Source of the DNA: Candidatus Aenigmatarchaeota archaeon
GTDB taxonomy: Archaea > Aenigmatarchaeota > Aenigmatarchaeia > PWEA01 > JACQIF01
Direction of reading: 5' to 3'
Length of the DNA stretch: 64,000 nt
NCBI GenBank assembly: GCA_016432325.1
Contig: CP066684.1
Span: 576,001-640,000, forward strand
The position numbers and the translations under genes are program-made. Below the pieces are notes generated by a model that was not told the DNA's origin, searched no databases, and saw nothing but the letters and a program-made list of their open reading frames with translations. Below are positions 40,023 to 49,162 of this stretch, piece after piece. Within the stretch, counting starts at the first letter, position 1. Each line of letters begins with the position of its first letter.

Positions 40023-41377
40023 ACAATGCTCGTTCTCGGAACCGTCGCGTCCTCTATTGCGTCCTCCACTGCCCACAGGGTGTGTTTCAGGTCCGCGGGC
40101 GCGTGCGAATAGCAAACGAACATCGGTTCTTCGTTGTCCTCGTCGACCATCACGCCGCGCCTCAGGAGTTCGTAGTGGAAACGCGCGTAGAGTTCCTGAT
40201 CCACGCGCTGCAGATCCCTGTATTCCGTAACGGACTCGTCGGTGAACATGAACTGGAACATCTGCGGGAAGCCCTGCACCTCGCATGATATGTCACGGTC
40301 CTTGAAGACGCGGCCGATGCCTTTCATGAGCTTGGAACCATACGCCTTTATCCTGTCGTGCACCGGGTGCTTCCTGAGAATGTTCAGGGTCGTTATCGCC
40401 GCAGTAAGCGATATCGGGTTTGCCGAATACGTGCCGCCGTGCGCCACTTTCATGGGCCCGACGACGCCCATCGTGTCGGCTTTGCCCGCTATGGCTGCAA
40501 CAGGGTAGCCGTTGCCCAGGGATTTCGAATATGTCGCCAAGTCAGGAGTAACCTTGAAGAGCTGTTGCGCGCCGCCGTGCGTTATGCGGAAGCCTGTCTT
40601 GACTTCGTCGAATATCAAAACAATGTTGTACTTGTCGCACAGCTCGCGCAGGTGTTTCAGGAATCCGGCGGCAGGCGGTATGACGGCCGCGTTGCCCATT
40701 ATCGGCTCCAGTATTATCGCGGCTAGTTCTTTGTGGTGTTCTCGCACGGCCGTCTCGACGCCGACAAAGTCATTCCAGCGTTCGACGAGCACAAGCTCCC
40801 GAATGGAGGAGGGTATCCCGTCAGACGCCTCTATGGGCTGTGCCGTGGGCTGCAGCTTTTCGAATGGAGTGTCCGTGCTGAACAGCACGTAATCATGCGC
40901 GCCGTGATAGTGGCCCTCGAACTTCAGAATCTTGTCCTTCTTGGTGAACGCGCGGGCGATGCGTATGGCAGTCATAGTGGCTTCTGTTCCAGAATTGGCG
41001 AAGCGAACCTGCTCTGCGCACGGCACGAGCTTGCACATCAGTTCGGCGAGCGTTATCTCCAGCTCGTTGGCCAGCGCATAGACCTCGCCTCTAAGCGAGG
41101 CCTTCATTACCGCGTCGTTGACAGGCTTGTACGCGTGTCCCAGAATGACGGGCCCGTATCCCAGGCGATAGTCGACGTACTCGTTGTTGTCGACGTCCCA
41201 GATATGCGAGCCGCGCGCGTGGTCTATGAATATGGAGCAGGGCATGTACGTCGGGCATACAGTGCGCCAGAGGCGAGCGTTGGACGAGACGCCGAAGGGT
41301 ATGTGTTCGAGCGCACGCTGGTAGAGAGCGTAAGAACGGTCGAAATCCAGCTTGCGCGCGCGTACGGGCAGGACCAT
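40019..41377 (-). CDS. class III aminotransferase, glutamate-1-semialdehyde aminomutase-like
   Basis: YGPVILGH, ANSGTEA, FEGHYHG, FDEVKTGFR, SKSLGNG. Confidence 0.88.
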   Translation of the reverse strand: MVLPVRARKLDFDRSYALYQRALEHIPFGVSSNARLWRTVCPTYMPCSIFIDHARGSHIWDVDNNEYVDYRLGYGPVILGHAYKPVNDAVMKASLRGEVYALANELEITLAELMCKLVPCAEQVRFANSGTEATMTAIRIARAFTKKDKILKFEGHYHGAHDYVLFSTDTPFEKLQPTAQPIEASDGIPSSIRELVLVERWNDFVGVETAVREHHKELAAIILEPIMGNAAVIPPAAGFLKHLRELCDKYNIVLIFDEVKTGFRITHGGAQQLFKVTPDLATYSKSLGNGYPVAAIAGKADTMGVVGPMKVAHGGTYSANPISLTAAITTLNILRKHPVHDRIKAYGSKLMKGIGRVFKDRDISCEVQGFPQMFQFMFTDESVTEYRDLQRVDQELYARFHYELLRRGVMVDEDNEEPMFVCYSHAPADLKHTLWAVEDAIEDATVPRTSIV

Positions 41378-41414
41378 AAGCAACGTTTAAGTTCAGCCGA
41401 TATATAATCTCTTC

Positions 41415-42731
41415 ATGGCCACGCGTTTCGTCTGCAAGCCTCCGGGGCCGCGCGCACGTGAATGGATAAAGCGAGATACACGTGTAGTCGGTCCGTCGTA
41501 TCCGCGCGAGTTCGACTTCGTTTTCGAGCGCGGCCGCGGCATGTACCTGTGGGACGTTGACGGTCGCAGGCATCTCGACTTCGCGGCCGGAATAGCGGTG
41601 AACAACATCGGCCACGACAATCCGGATGTCGTCCGCGCGGTCAAGGCGCAGCTGCGCAAAGGCATCCACGCGGGCTTTCTCGACATGTACGCGCGTCTGC
41701 CCGTGGAGTTCTGCGAAACGCTTCTGGAACACATGCCCGCTCCGTTGAACAAAGGCCGCGTCTTCCTGTCCAACTCGGGAACCGAATCCGTCGAGGCGGC
41801 ATACAAGATGGTCAAGTGGACGACGCACGCGCCGTACGTGCACTCGTTCGCAGGCGCATTCCACGGCAGGACCATGGGCGCTCTATCGCTGACGAACACC
41901 GCAAGCAAGGTTCAGAAAGAAGGGTTTGAACCGTTCCTGCCAGCGCGCCATTCGCCGTTCTGCAACCCCTATCGCGCGCCCTGCGGCGTCTCGCATGACT
42001 GTGTCAACGGATGCCTTCACCTCTTCGAGCGCGCGATAAAGGACGGGCAGGTCGGGGCCGTTTTTATGGAGCCTGTGCAGGGCGAAGGCGGTTACGTCGT
42101 TCCTCCGCGCGAGTTCGTCAAAGGCGTGCGCGAGGCGTGCAACAGGCACGGCGTCTATCTCGTTTCCGATGAGGTGCAGGCGGGCTGCTATCGCACAGGA
42201 AGGTTCTTGTCCATAGAGAACTTCGGCGTGCGCGCTGATGTCGCCTGCATTTCGAAGGCGATTGGAGGCGGCGTTCCTCTCGCCGCGACTGTGTCGATTC
42301 CAGAGCTTCAGCAATGGCATCCGGGCGCTCACGCGAACACGTTCGGCGGAAATCTTCTGGCGTGCGCCGCGGGGATTGCCGCATTGAAGTTCATGCGCCG
42401 CGAGCGGCTGGGCGAAAACGCCAAACGCATCGGCGCGTACATGCTCAAGCGCTTGGAGAAGATGAAGAATCGTTACGAAATAATAGGAGACGTGCGCGGC
42501 CTTGGCCTGATGATAGGCATCGAATTGGTCAAGGACAGGAAGACAAAGGAACCGGCAGTGGATGCGCGGCACGCGGTTCTGTGCGACGCAACAGGCAAGG
42601 GTCTCGTGCTGCTGCCCGCCGGTGAATCTACGATACGCATCTGCCCGCCATTGATAATCACGAAGAAGCAGGCTGACACGGGCTTGGATATTTTGGAGAG
42701 TTGTTTTGAGGATTTACGGGGCGCGCTATAA
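41415..42731 (+). CDS. class III aminotransferase (4-aminobutyrate/acetylornithine-like)
   Basis: DFAAGIAV, NSGTES, FHGRT, EPVQGEGG, DEVQAG. Confidence 0.9.
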   Translation: MATRFVCKPPGPRAREWIKRDTRVVGPSYPREFDFVFERGRGMYLWDVDGRRHLDFAAGIAVNNIGHDNPDVVRAVKAQLRKGIHAGFLDMYARLPVEFCETLLEHMPAPLNKGRVFLSNSGTESVEAAYKMVKWTTHAPYVHSFAGAFHGRTMGALSLTNTASKVQKEGFEPFLPARHSPFCNPYRAPCGVSHDCVNGCLHLFERAIKDGQVGAVFMEPVQGEGGYVVPPREFVKGVREACNRHGVYLVSDEVQAGCYRTGRFLSIENFGVRADVACISKAIGGGVPLAATVSIPELQQWHPGAHANTFGGNLLACAAGIAALKFMRRERLGENAKRIGAYMLKRLEKMKNRYEIIGDVRGLGLMIGIELVKDRKTKEPAVDARHAVLCDATGKGLVLLPAGESTIRICPPLIITKKQADTGLDILESCFEDLRGAL

Positions 42732-42753
42732 CAGGGAATGAATTTTTACTCAT

Positions 42754-43560
42754 TTATTCCAATCTAGAGAGGATATCATCTATTCCCCTGAGGCCTTCGT
42801 CGATCTGGCTTCTGTATCGTTTCAGTTCAGCGACAGCCTCTTCATCCAAAACGCGCGGTCTTGGAACATCGGTTCCAAGCCTCGAAACTTCGTTTCGAGA
42901 CGTCGCAGGTTGCGCAGCAACCTTTCCGGACTCCTGTCCGGAATACTCGGAACCCCGGGTTCCGAGATGCTCTGACCTACGGCACGCACGACCACCAACG
43001 TCCGAGTACCTGCCGTCAGGCCCACAGTGCGCGTCGACGTAGAAGGGCCCGCCGACGTCGAGGCTGAGGCCCCGAAGCACGGGCCTAAAGCCTTCTTTGT
43101 CGCCCAAGAAATATGAAGCGTCCTGGCCGAACCTTGCGACCGCATCTTCTCTGTCGCCTGTTTTCGTAGGAACGCCAAGAGTAGGATGATAATCGAGTCC
43201 CCAGCCGTCTTCAGGCATTCGGACTTTCGTGCGTACGCCGCCCTCGACTTCCCAAGTGTCGCCGTCACTAACGAGACGCGCTACTTCGTGGACGTACTTG
43301 CCGTCTTCCCACGCGGTCGAGGTCCACTCGCCGCAACTGCGCTGGGCGTAAACGGCTTGTTTGAACGGTTGAGAAGTATCGAAAGCGTGGCGCAGTTGAC
43401 CAAGCGTCGGAACGCCGCGGGCTTGGTGCTCTACGGTCGTTAGATAACAACCGTTTTGCTGTGGAAACTCTATCTGGTTGGCGAGTTCGAAGGCTGGAAT
43501 GACCGTTTTACCGCCAACTATTTTAGGTTCTATGCGTAGCATCTGAAGTGATGTTGCCAT
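42754..43560 (-). CDS. hypothetical protein with CLec-type DGR variable-region-like segment
   Basis: GEWT motif; VLRG...GPFYVDA...P...SDVGGR encoded by runs of NNC codons. Confidence 0.7.
   Translation of the reverse strand: MATSLQMLRIEPKIVGGKTVIPAFELANQIEFPQQNGCYLTTVEHQARGVPTLGQLRHAFDTSQPFKQAVYAQRSCGEWTSTAWEDGKYVHEVARLVSDGDTWEVEGGVRTKVRMPEDGWGLDYHPTLGVPTKTGDREDAVARFGQDASYFLGDKEGFRPVLRGLSLDVGGPFYVDAHCGPDGRYSDVGGRACRRSEHLGTRGSEYSGQESGKVAAQPATSRNEVSRLGTDVPRPRVLDEEAVAELKRYRSQIDEGLRGIDDILSRLE
42860..42966. repeat. array of five tandem perfect hairpins (7-9 bp stems)
   Basis: 42860-79, 42881-99, 42907-23, 42924-43 and 42946-66 are each perfect inverted repeats. Confidence 0.9.
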
Positions 43561-43624
43561 ACCATTTCTAACGGTAGTTAACTATTTAAGCTCGTTGGGG
43601 TTCACTACCTATCAATGAGCACGA

Positions 43625-43894
43625 TTAGCCAAGCGCCTCGTCAATCGCCTCCTTCAAATCTTCCTTTGAAGTGACGCCGACCCACTGGCGCACAATCGCC
43701 CCGTTCTTCTCCAGAATCAGAGTAGGAATCGACATCACGCCGTACTTGCCCGCCTCTTCGATATTCTCATCGACGTTTATCTCCTCGAACTTGACTTTCT
43801 TCTTGTACTCTTCCTCAAGCTCCTTGACTATCGGCGTTTGCACGCGGCAAGGACCGCACCACGGCGCCCAGAAGTCTTTGAGAGTTACCGTCAT
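43625..43894 (-). CDS. trxA: thioredoxin
   Basis: WAPWCGPC, SIPT. Confidence 0.95.
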   Translation of the reverse strand: MTVTLKDFWAPWCGPCRVQTPIVKELEEEYKKKVKFEEINVDENIEEAGKYGVMSIPTLILEKNGAIVRQWVGVTSKEDLKEAIDEALG

Positions 43895-43951
43895 TGATTC
43901 ACCCGAAACATAGTCCGCACTAATCGTTTATAAAAGCCGGAAACCCGGACT

Positions 43952-44260
43952 TCAGTAAGTCGCCGCGGCCTTCTCGTCCTTCTCTTCCCCGGACCCCAGC
44001 AGCTGGTTCGCTATCGGCTTGATTATCACGATGTCTCCGACGCTCTGAACCATCTGGTACGGCACTACTATTCCTCTCTTGCCGCCAAGCGACTGAGCAA
44101 GCGGCGAGCCGCGAGCTGCTTCTATCACAAGCGACTTGAGGCGGAACTTGACAAGGTCGACTTTTACGTCGGTTATCTTGCCGTAATAGTCTCCGCGGGC
44201 CGTGAAGACGTCCTTGCTAAATACTTCAGAAACGTTTTTCACGTTTACAGCCATTTCCAA
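43952..44260 (-). CDS. PRC-barrel domain protein
   Basis: KDVFTARGDYYGKITDV...VPYQMVQSVGDIVII. Confidence 0.88.
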   Translation of the reverse strand: MEMAVNVKNVSEVFSKDVFTARGDYYGKITDVKVDLVKFRLKSLVIEAARGSPLAQSLGGKRGIVVPYQMVQSVGDIVIIKPIANQLLGSGEEKDEKAAATY

Positions 44261-44435
44261 ATTACCTCCTACTGTTTCTCTCCCTTTACAGCCAGTTCCA
44301 GTGGCTGGTTCTAATGGCCCCGGGAGATATATAAACGTTTAGCGCTTCGTGCCGTTTAAATGCGCGTGGCCGCGCGTGACGTTCGTTTGCGTTCTCCTGT
44401 TGCTTTTAAGTAACTATTCGCAAAATTAAGCTTGA

Positions 44436-44677
44436 GCTGGGGTAGCAAAGCTTGGTATGCGCCTTTTTGGGCATCTCGGAATGGAACATTCCGAGTTTTC
44501 GGACGCGGTCCGAAAACGTCCGCCCAAAAACCCGCGGGAAAAATACGCTCCCGCAAGCGACCAACTGCGCCGGATTGCTAATCCGGTGGGCGCAAGCCCG
44601 CGCGAGTTCAAGCGCCTTTTTGCTGCGGCAAAAACCCGCGGGAAAAACGGCACGAACGAATCTCGTCCCCAGCGCCA
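44436..44677 (+). tRNA. tRNA-Ser(GCT) with two BHB introns (D-loop 44459-44565; T-loop 58/59 44612-44659)
   Basis: GCTGGGG/CCCCAGC-G-CCA; CCGGA-TTGCTAA-TCCGG; BHB helices TGGT/ACCA and GTTC/GAAC. Confidence 0.9.
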
Positions 44678-44807
44678 AAAGCCTTTTACGAAAAAGCTTT
44701 GGCAAGAATATGTTACGCGCGCACAGGCAGGCCGCAACCGCTTTTATATCCTAGGCCGCACGAGAGAAACATGAACTTATGGATGCCACAAACGGGGGGG
44801 GGTTCGC

Positions 44808-45989
44808 ATGAACCTCATGACTAAGGCCGTTATCGTATTTCTTCTGATTGGCGTATTGCCCGTCTCAGTACTAACGTATGTAGGCATAAGCCAGATGGAA
44901 AAGAGTTACACAGAGAGCGTCGGCACTACTCTCGAACTGTCTCTCCAGAGCGCCGTCTCCGGGCTCATAGAATATTTCCAGCGCATATTGGTCGAGACTT
45001 CCACAGACTCCAAGGACCCGGTAATCGCAAAAGAGCTGTCGGGCATAGAGGCCGGCGGTTCGCCTGCGACGCTCAACGCTCACCTGTCCAAGACGCTTAC
45101 GCGGCCGCCGGTGATTCCGACGCTCAACGCAACGCTCAAGGGAATACAGGCAGTCGTAGTCACTGACGCGAACGGCAGGATAGTCTCTTCGACTCATAAC
45201 TCGCTGATAGGCGGCGACGTGTCTCAGGAGTTCTTCTTCAAGCAGGCCGCCGGCAGCGGCGCGGGAACCAACGCGAACACCACTTACTTCACCGGAATAG
45301 TCGACCATCCGCTGGTTCTGGCCAACGCGGTCAAGGAAGACGGCAGGACAATCGGGGTATACGCCGCGGTTCACGACATCTCGGACTTGGCCAACGTCAT
45401 GCAGGGAGAGTCGAGCCGCGAACTGCTCGTCAACTCAAGAGGCGATTTGACGGCGTTCGACAACTTCGCCAATCTCGAATCTATATCGATATACGCGACC
45501 ACTGTCACCCAGACCGTATCGATAGCGCCGTCGCAGAATCCCGACCTCGTCGGCAGGACCATCGATATATACCCGGTTAACTTGTGCACGGCGGAAGGAA
45601 AGTCCTACAAGGGCGAATACGTCAACTACGACGGCATCACCGTCATCGGCGCGGTCCTCTGCGGCGCCGCGAGGACTGCATTCATCGCGGAAATTCCAAA
45701 GGACGAGGCCACGCAACCGCTCCAGAGTGCCAAACAACTCTTCCAGGGAATGGCGTTGATTATGGGAGCTCTCATAACAGTGGCTCTCTATGCGTTCCGC
45801 TCCCACATAATCAAGCCGATAGGCAGGCTGACCGAAACGATAAACAGCATCAGCATGGGCCGCTTGGACGTTGAAGTCGAGGGCAAGGAACGCAAGGACG
45901 AGATAGGCGATCTGGCGCGCGCCTTCGAACGCACCGTGGTCAGCCTCAAGCTCGCCGCGCTCGGCAAAAACAAGGAAAAAGAGAAGTGA
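44808..45989 (+). CDS. membrane sensor: TM-Cache-like-TM-HAMP, no output domain
   Basis: two TMs; IIKPIGRLTETINSISMG...DEIGDLARAFER HAMP at the extreme C-terminus. Confidence 0.85.
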   Translation: MNLMTKAVIVFLLIGVLPVSVLTYVGISQMEKSYTESVGTTLELSLQSAVSGLIEYFQRILVETSTDSKDPVIAKELSGIEAGGSPATLNAHLSKTLTRPPVIPTLNATLKGIQAVVVTDANGRIVSSTHNSLIGGDVSQEFFFKQAAGSGAGTNANTTYFTGIVDHPLVLANAVKEDGRTIGVYAAVHDISDLANVMQGESSRELLVNSRGDLTAFDNFANLESISIYATTVTQTVSIAPSQNPDLVGRTIDIYPVNLCTAEGKSYKGEYVNYDGITVIGAVLCGAARTAFIAEIPKDEATQPLQSAKQLFQGMALIMGALITVALYAFRSHIIKPIGRLTETINSISMGRLDVEVEGKERKDEIGDLARAFERTVVSLKLAALGKNKEKEK

Positions 45990-45994
45990 GGCCG

Positions 45995-46204
45995 ATGGCC
46001 GCAACTTCGTCGCGGGAGTCTGTTGACAACCTTTTTCGCACCTATCTCGGCCCGATGGCAATCGTGGTTCTTCCGGACCTAGAAAAGAAGGGCCTGACAA
46101 AGGAGCGCGTGCTGTCGTACATAGACGACCTGCAGAAGAAAGGCGTCCTCGGCGCTGACTCGGCGGTCAAGTTCAAGAGGGAGATTGAGGCTGTTTTCGC
46201 GTAG
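45995..46204 (+). CDS. small hypothetical protein
   Basis: directly follows the sensor gene; YLGPMA motif. Confidence 0.6.
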   Translation: MAATSSRESVDNLFRTYLGPMAIVVLPDLEKKGLTKERVLSYIDDLQKKGVLGADSAVKFKREIEAVFA

Positions 46205-46476
46205 GCGTCTGCTTTAAGAAGCTTTCTACACAAGTCAGAGCGTGGTATCATGGAAGGTTATACAGGCTGCATGGATACGTCGTACGAAAAGATAGCGAAT
46301 CGCTTTGTGAGACACGGATATCCGAGCGGCGGCCCAGACCATCCGGTGCCCGACATGCCAGAGCATCTTCCTGTTCACCCGAGAGGCTATATCCCGCCAA
46401 GCGCGCAGATGGGCCCGAACCACTACTTGTGGAGGCTCTAAACAGTTTTATAGCTACTCCTTTCATTCTGCCCTAC

Positions 46477-46680
46477 GGGCCGGTAGTCTAGAAAGCTTTT
46501 CAGAAAGGCTTTAGCAAAACACGATCTGAAAGTTTGGACAATGGTTATGACGTCGCCCTATGCAAGCCGTTTCGATTGTTTGCAGACGACTACAAGGCGA
46601 AGGTCGCAAGTTCGAACCGGGCTTTTTAGAAAAAAGCACGGGTGCAAAAAACGCACGCGAGAATCTTGCCCGGCCCACCA
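46477..46680 (+). tRNA. tRNA-Val(TAC) with three BHB introns (15/16 46492-46541; 33/34 46560-46590; 59/60 46617-46663)
   Basis: GGGCCGG/CCGGCCC-A-CCA; spliced TCGCC-CTTACAA-GGCGA and GCAAG-TTCGAAT-CTTGC. Confidence 0.85.
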
Positions 46681-46715
46681 ATCCTCAATAAATACATGCA
46701 TCGATTAAACCGCTC

Positions 46716-47501
46716 ATGCTCTTCGTAGGAATCGACTTGGCGTGGTCGCCGAAGAACGGCAGCGGTCTTGCGGTGATGCGGTCCGACGGCACTTTGCAAG
46801 CGAGCGCGGTTCTGTATTCAAACGAAGAAGTTGTTGAATACGTGCACGCACAGGTTCAACAGAAGAATGCGCTGGTTGCCATAGACGCGCCGTTGGTGGT
46901 GCCGAACGAAGAAGGTCGGCGCGTCGCTGAAGCTATCGTGGGCAACCTTTTCAGAAAATACAACGCCGGCGCGCATCCTTCGAACCGCAAACGCCTGGGA
47001 CAGTGGGGAGGCCGGCCGCGCGGCGAGGTCATAACAGAGCTTCTCGGGAAGAAGGGCTTCGTCCACGACCCGTTCTTGCGGCAGCACGAAGAGTCGAGAA
47101 AGGTCTTTGAGGTCTATCCGCACCCTTCGATGGTGGTGTTGTTCAATCTCGAAACTGTCATACCGTACAAAGCGAAGCCGAAACGCAGTTACGAATCGAG
47201 ATGGAACGCTTTCGTCCAGTATCAGAAACACATGCAATCTTTGGGCAAGGCGAACCCGCCGGCGGTCCTCGGCGATATTGTAACGAAAGACGTTCGTGCG
47301 ATGAAAGGCAACGCCCTCAAGAGCTACGAGGATGCCTTGGACGCGATATTCTGCGCGTACATCGCCTACTATTACTGGTCTTTGCCGGAGAAGTGCGCCG
47401 TCCTGGGGACGATGAAAGACGGCTACATTTTAACGCCTATATTTGACCGCATGCGCGGCGCATTGAAACCCAAAGGCGTCCAGACGAAACTTACGCTCTG
47501 A
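46716..47501 (+). CDS. DUF429 family RNase H-like predicted nuclease
   Basis: GIDLAW, IDAPL, EVYPHP, EDALDA. Confidence 0.88.
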   Translation: MLFVGIDLAWSPKNGSGLAVMRSDGTLQASAVLYSNEEVVEYVHAQVQQKNALVAIDAPLVVPNEEGRRVAEAIVGNLFRKYNAGAHPSNRKRLGQWGGRPRGEVITELLGKKGFVHDPFLRQHEESRKVFEVYPHPSMVVLFNLETVIPYKAKPKRSYESRWNAFVQYQKHMQSLGKANPPAVLGDIVTKDVRAMKGNALKSYEDALDAIFCAYIAYYYWSLPEKCAVLGTMKDGYILTPIFDRMRGALKPKGVQTKLTL

Positions 47502-47970
47502 CCCATTCTCCGCGGTCGCCGTTCCTGCGTTTGTCTGCCATGGCGAGCTCGTCGAGGATACCGTCGATGAGATTGTATTTCTTCGCCTCTTCGAAAGTTA
47601 CCCAAGTGTGTTCTACGGCTTCCTCTGCCTGGAGTCTGACCTCGCCTCCTTTCCAATCGGCCATGCAGGAAATGACTATGGACGGCGAACCGTCCGCGTG
47701 TATTGTGGCCAAGCTCGTCACGTAATCAATGTTCGTTATATCCAAACCGACCTCTTCCATTACCTCGCGACGGAGCGTGCGCTCGAGAACGTTGTACCAG
47801 TATGCCTGCGTGTCTTTCGGATGCTGCGTATAGTCCGAGGTTTCGAGCTTGCCGCCCGGGACGGTCCACATGCTCGGGAAGCGTTTCTTATTCGGGTGGC
47901 GTTTTATAATCAGGTATTTCCCGTCTTTTACGACTATCGCGGTTATGACGACTTCGTGCAGATGCGACAT
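47491..47970 (-). CDS. NUDIX hydrolase
   Basis: PGGKLE...REVMEEVGL. Confidence 0.9.
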   Translation of the reverse strand: MSHLHEVVITAIVVKDGKYLIIKRHPNKKRFPSMWTVPGGKLETSDYTQHPKDTQAYWYNVLERTLRREVMEEVGLDITNIDYVTSLATIHADGSPSIVISCMADWKGGEVRLQAEEAVEHTWVTFEEAKKYNLIDGILDELAMADKRRNGDRGEWVRA

Positions 47971-48031
47971 GTTACTCCAGAAGTCTAGGCGATTCCTCGA
48001 TTTAAATACGCTTCGTCGTAAACGAGTCCGG

Positions 48032-48224
48032 GCTCCCATAGTCTAGACCGGCCAAGCTTCCCGCCCTTGCGGGGCAGGAAGAAGCCGAGAGGATCCCGCC
48101 CTTTCAAGTCAGACTTGAAAAACTGTAGGTTGTAAAACCAATGACATGGGCAGGCGGTGACTCGGGAAAGCCTTTTGAGAAATGCTCAAGGGCTTCGAGA
48201 CTTCAAATCCCGATGGGAGCACCA
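48032..48224 (+). tRNA. tRNA-Glu(TTC) with three BHB introns (D-loop 48055-48089; 37/38 48107-48151; 53/54 48167-48201)
   Basis: GCTCCCA/TGGGAGC-A-CCA; spliced CCGCC-CTTTCAA-GGCGG and TCGGG-TTCAAAT-CCCGA; BHB helices CGGC/GCCG and CTCG/CGAG. Confidence 0.88.
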
Positions 48225-48239
48225 CTAATTTTCTGTAAA

Positions 48240-48647
48240 CTAGTAGGGGAGCCGTGGCTTCCATTGGCGCGGAACACTGCCGTAATCGATGAGAGGAATG
48301 ACGTGCCTTGCATGTATTCCGTATTCTCCGGCCACCTTTCTAACAGGACCGCTGACGTCTACGAGCGGGAATTTCTTCGCCGCAATCTTTTTAGGAACTT
48401 CCACCAACGGCTTGATAGGCAGGAACTTGCTTCCTTCCTTGGGCTTGGTGTGCAGCGCGTATGCGGGTTCTGCTGTGAAATATCCTCTGGTAATGACCTT
48501 GTCGCCTGCCCAATCCTCCCCTTCGAGAATCAGGTCTGCCAGATGAATGCGCGCTCCGTATTTCTTGTGAATCGTTGCTTCCAGCGCGTCGTATGCTCGC
48601 GCCTTTTCCATGTCGCGCGGAGGTCCCCACGCGCTTTTGGTCGCCAT
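48240..48647 (-). CDS. hypothetical protein
   Basis: ORF with plausible start; no motif recognised. Confidence 0.55.
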   Translation of the reverse strand: MATKSAWGPPRDMEKARAYDALEATIHKKYGARIHLADLILEGEDWAGDKVITRGYFTAEPAYALHTKPKEGSKFLPIKPLVEVPKKIAAKKFPLVDVSGPVRKVAGEYGIHARHVIPLIDYGSVPRQWKPRLPY

Positions 48648-48708
48648 GGTTCAATTGAACATGGCAAACTATTAATACCCGGCGGTTAACGTTCGTAAAG
48701 GCGATTCC

Positions 48709-48912
48709 ATGCTCAGGATAGAAACCAGAGACGAAAAGATAGGAAACCTCGTCGGCTTCTGGGCCGGAATGGCGGTCTTCGCGAGCATGTTCTACTATCT
48801 GTCCACGAACGTCGCGCACCACGCATGGCCTATAGGATACGTGGAGCTGATGACAGCGCTCACCGTTCTTTACATAATCGCGCGATTTGCAAGAGGCGAA
48901 CTCACGATATGA
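48709..48912 (+). CDS. small 2-TM membrane protein
   Basis: ATGA-coupled to the next gene. Confidence 0.65.
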   Translation: MLRIETRDEKIGNLVGFWAGMAVFASMFYYLSTNVAHHAWPIGYVELMTALTVLYIIARFARGELTI

Positions 48913-49154
48913 GTTTCAAGGAGTTCGCAACCGGTTTCAAGTCGGGCTTCCAGGGCTTCGGCCATTTTGTCAGCGACGTTGTGAACTTCGTGCTGCTCAC
49001 GTTCGTCTGGCTCATAGGCATCGGCCCGGCGTCTGTTCTGGGCAAGTTTACAGGCAAGAAGTTCCTCGACATGGAACTCGTTATGAGAGAGAGTTACTGG
49101 GTTGCGTACGTAGTGAAGACCGAGCCGCTCGAGAGCTACGAGAAACAGTATTGA
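48909..49154 (+). CDS. SxtJ-like membrane protein
   Basis: GHFVSDVVNFVLLTFVWLIGIGP...SYW...YEKQY resembles the SxtJ C-terminal region. Confidence 0.7.
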   Translation: MSFKEFATGFKSGFQGFGHFVSDVVNFVLLTFVWLIGIGPASVLGKFTGKKFLDMELVMRESYWVAYVVKTEPLESYEKQY

Positions 49155-49162
49155 GGGATGGA

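Noticed and set aside
46236-46441. SRP or RNase P RNA, or a small CDS, between the sensor pair and tRNA-Val
   Set aside because: The ends are weakly complementary (AGAGC/GCTCT), but SRP helix-8 and RNase P P4 motifs were not found and the ORFs are unconvincing.
48887-49162. N-terminal extension of the carbamoyltransferase
   Set aside because: It overlaps the SxtJ-like gene in another frame; family homology begins at MVNVLGIS (49163).
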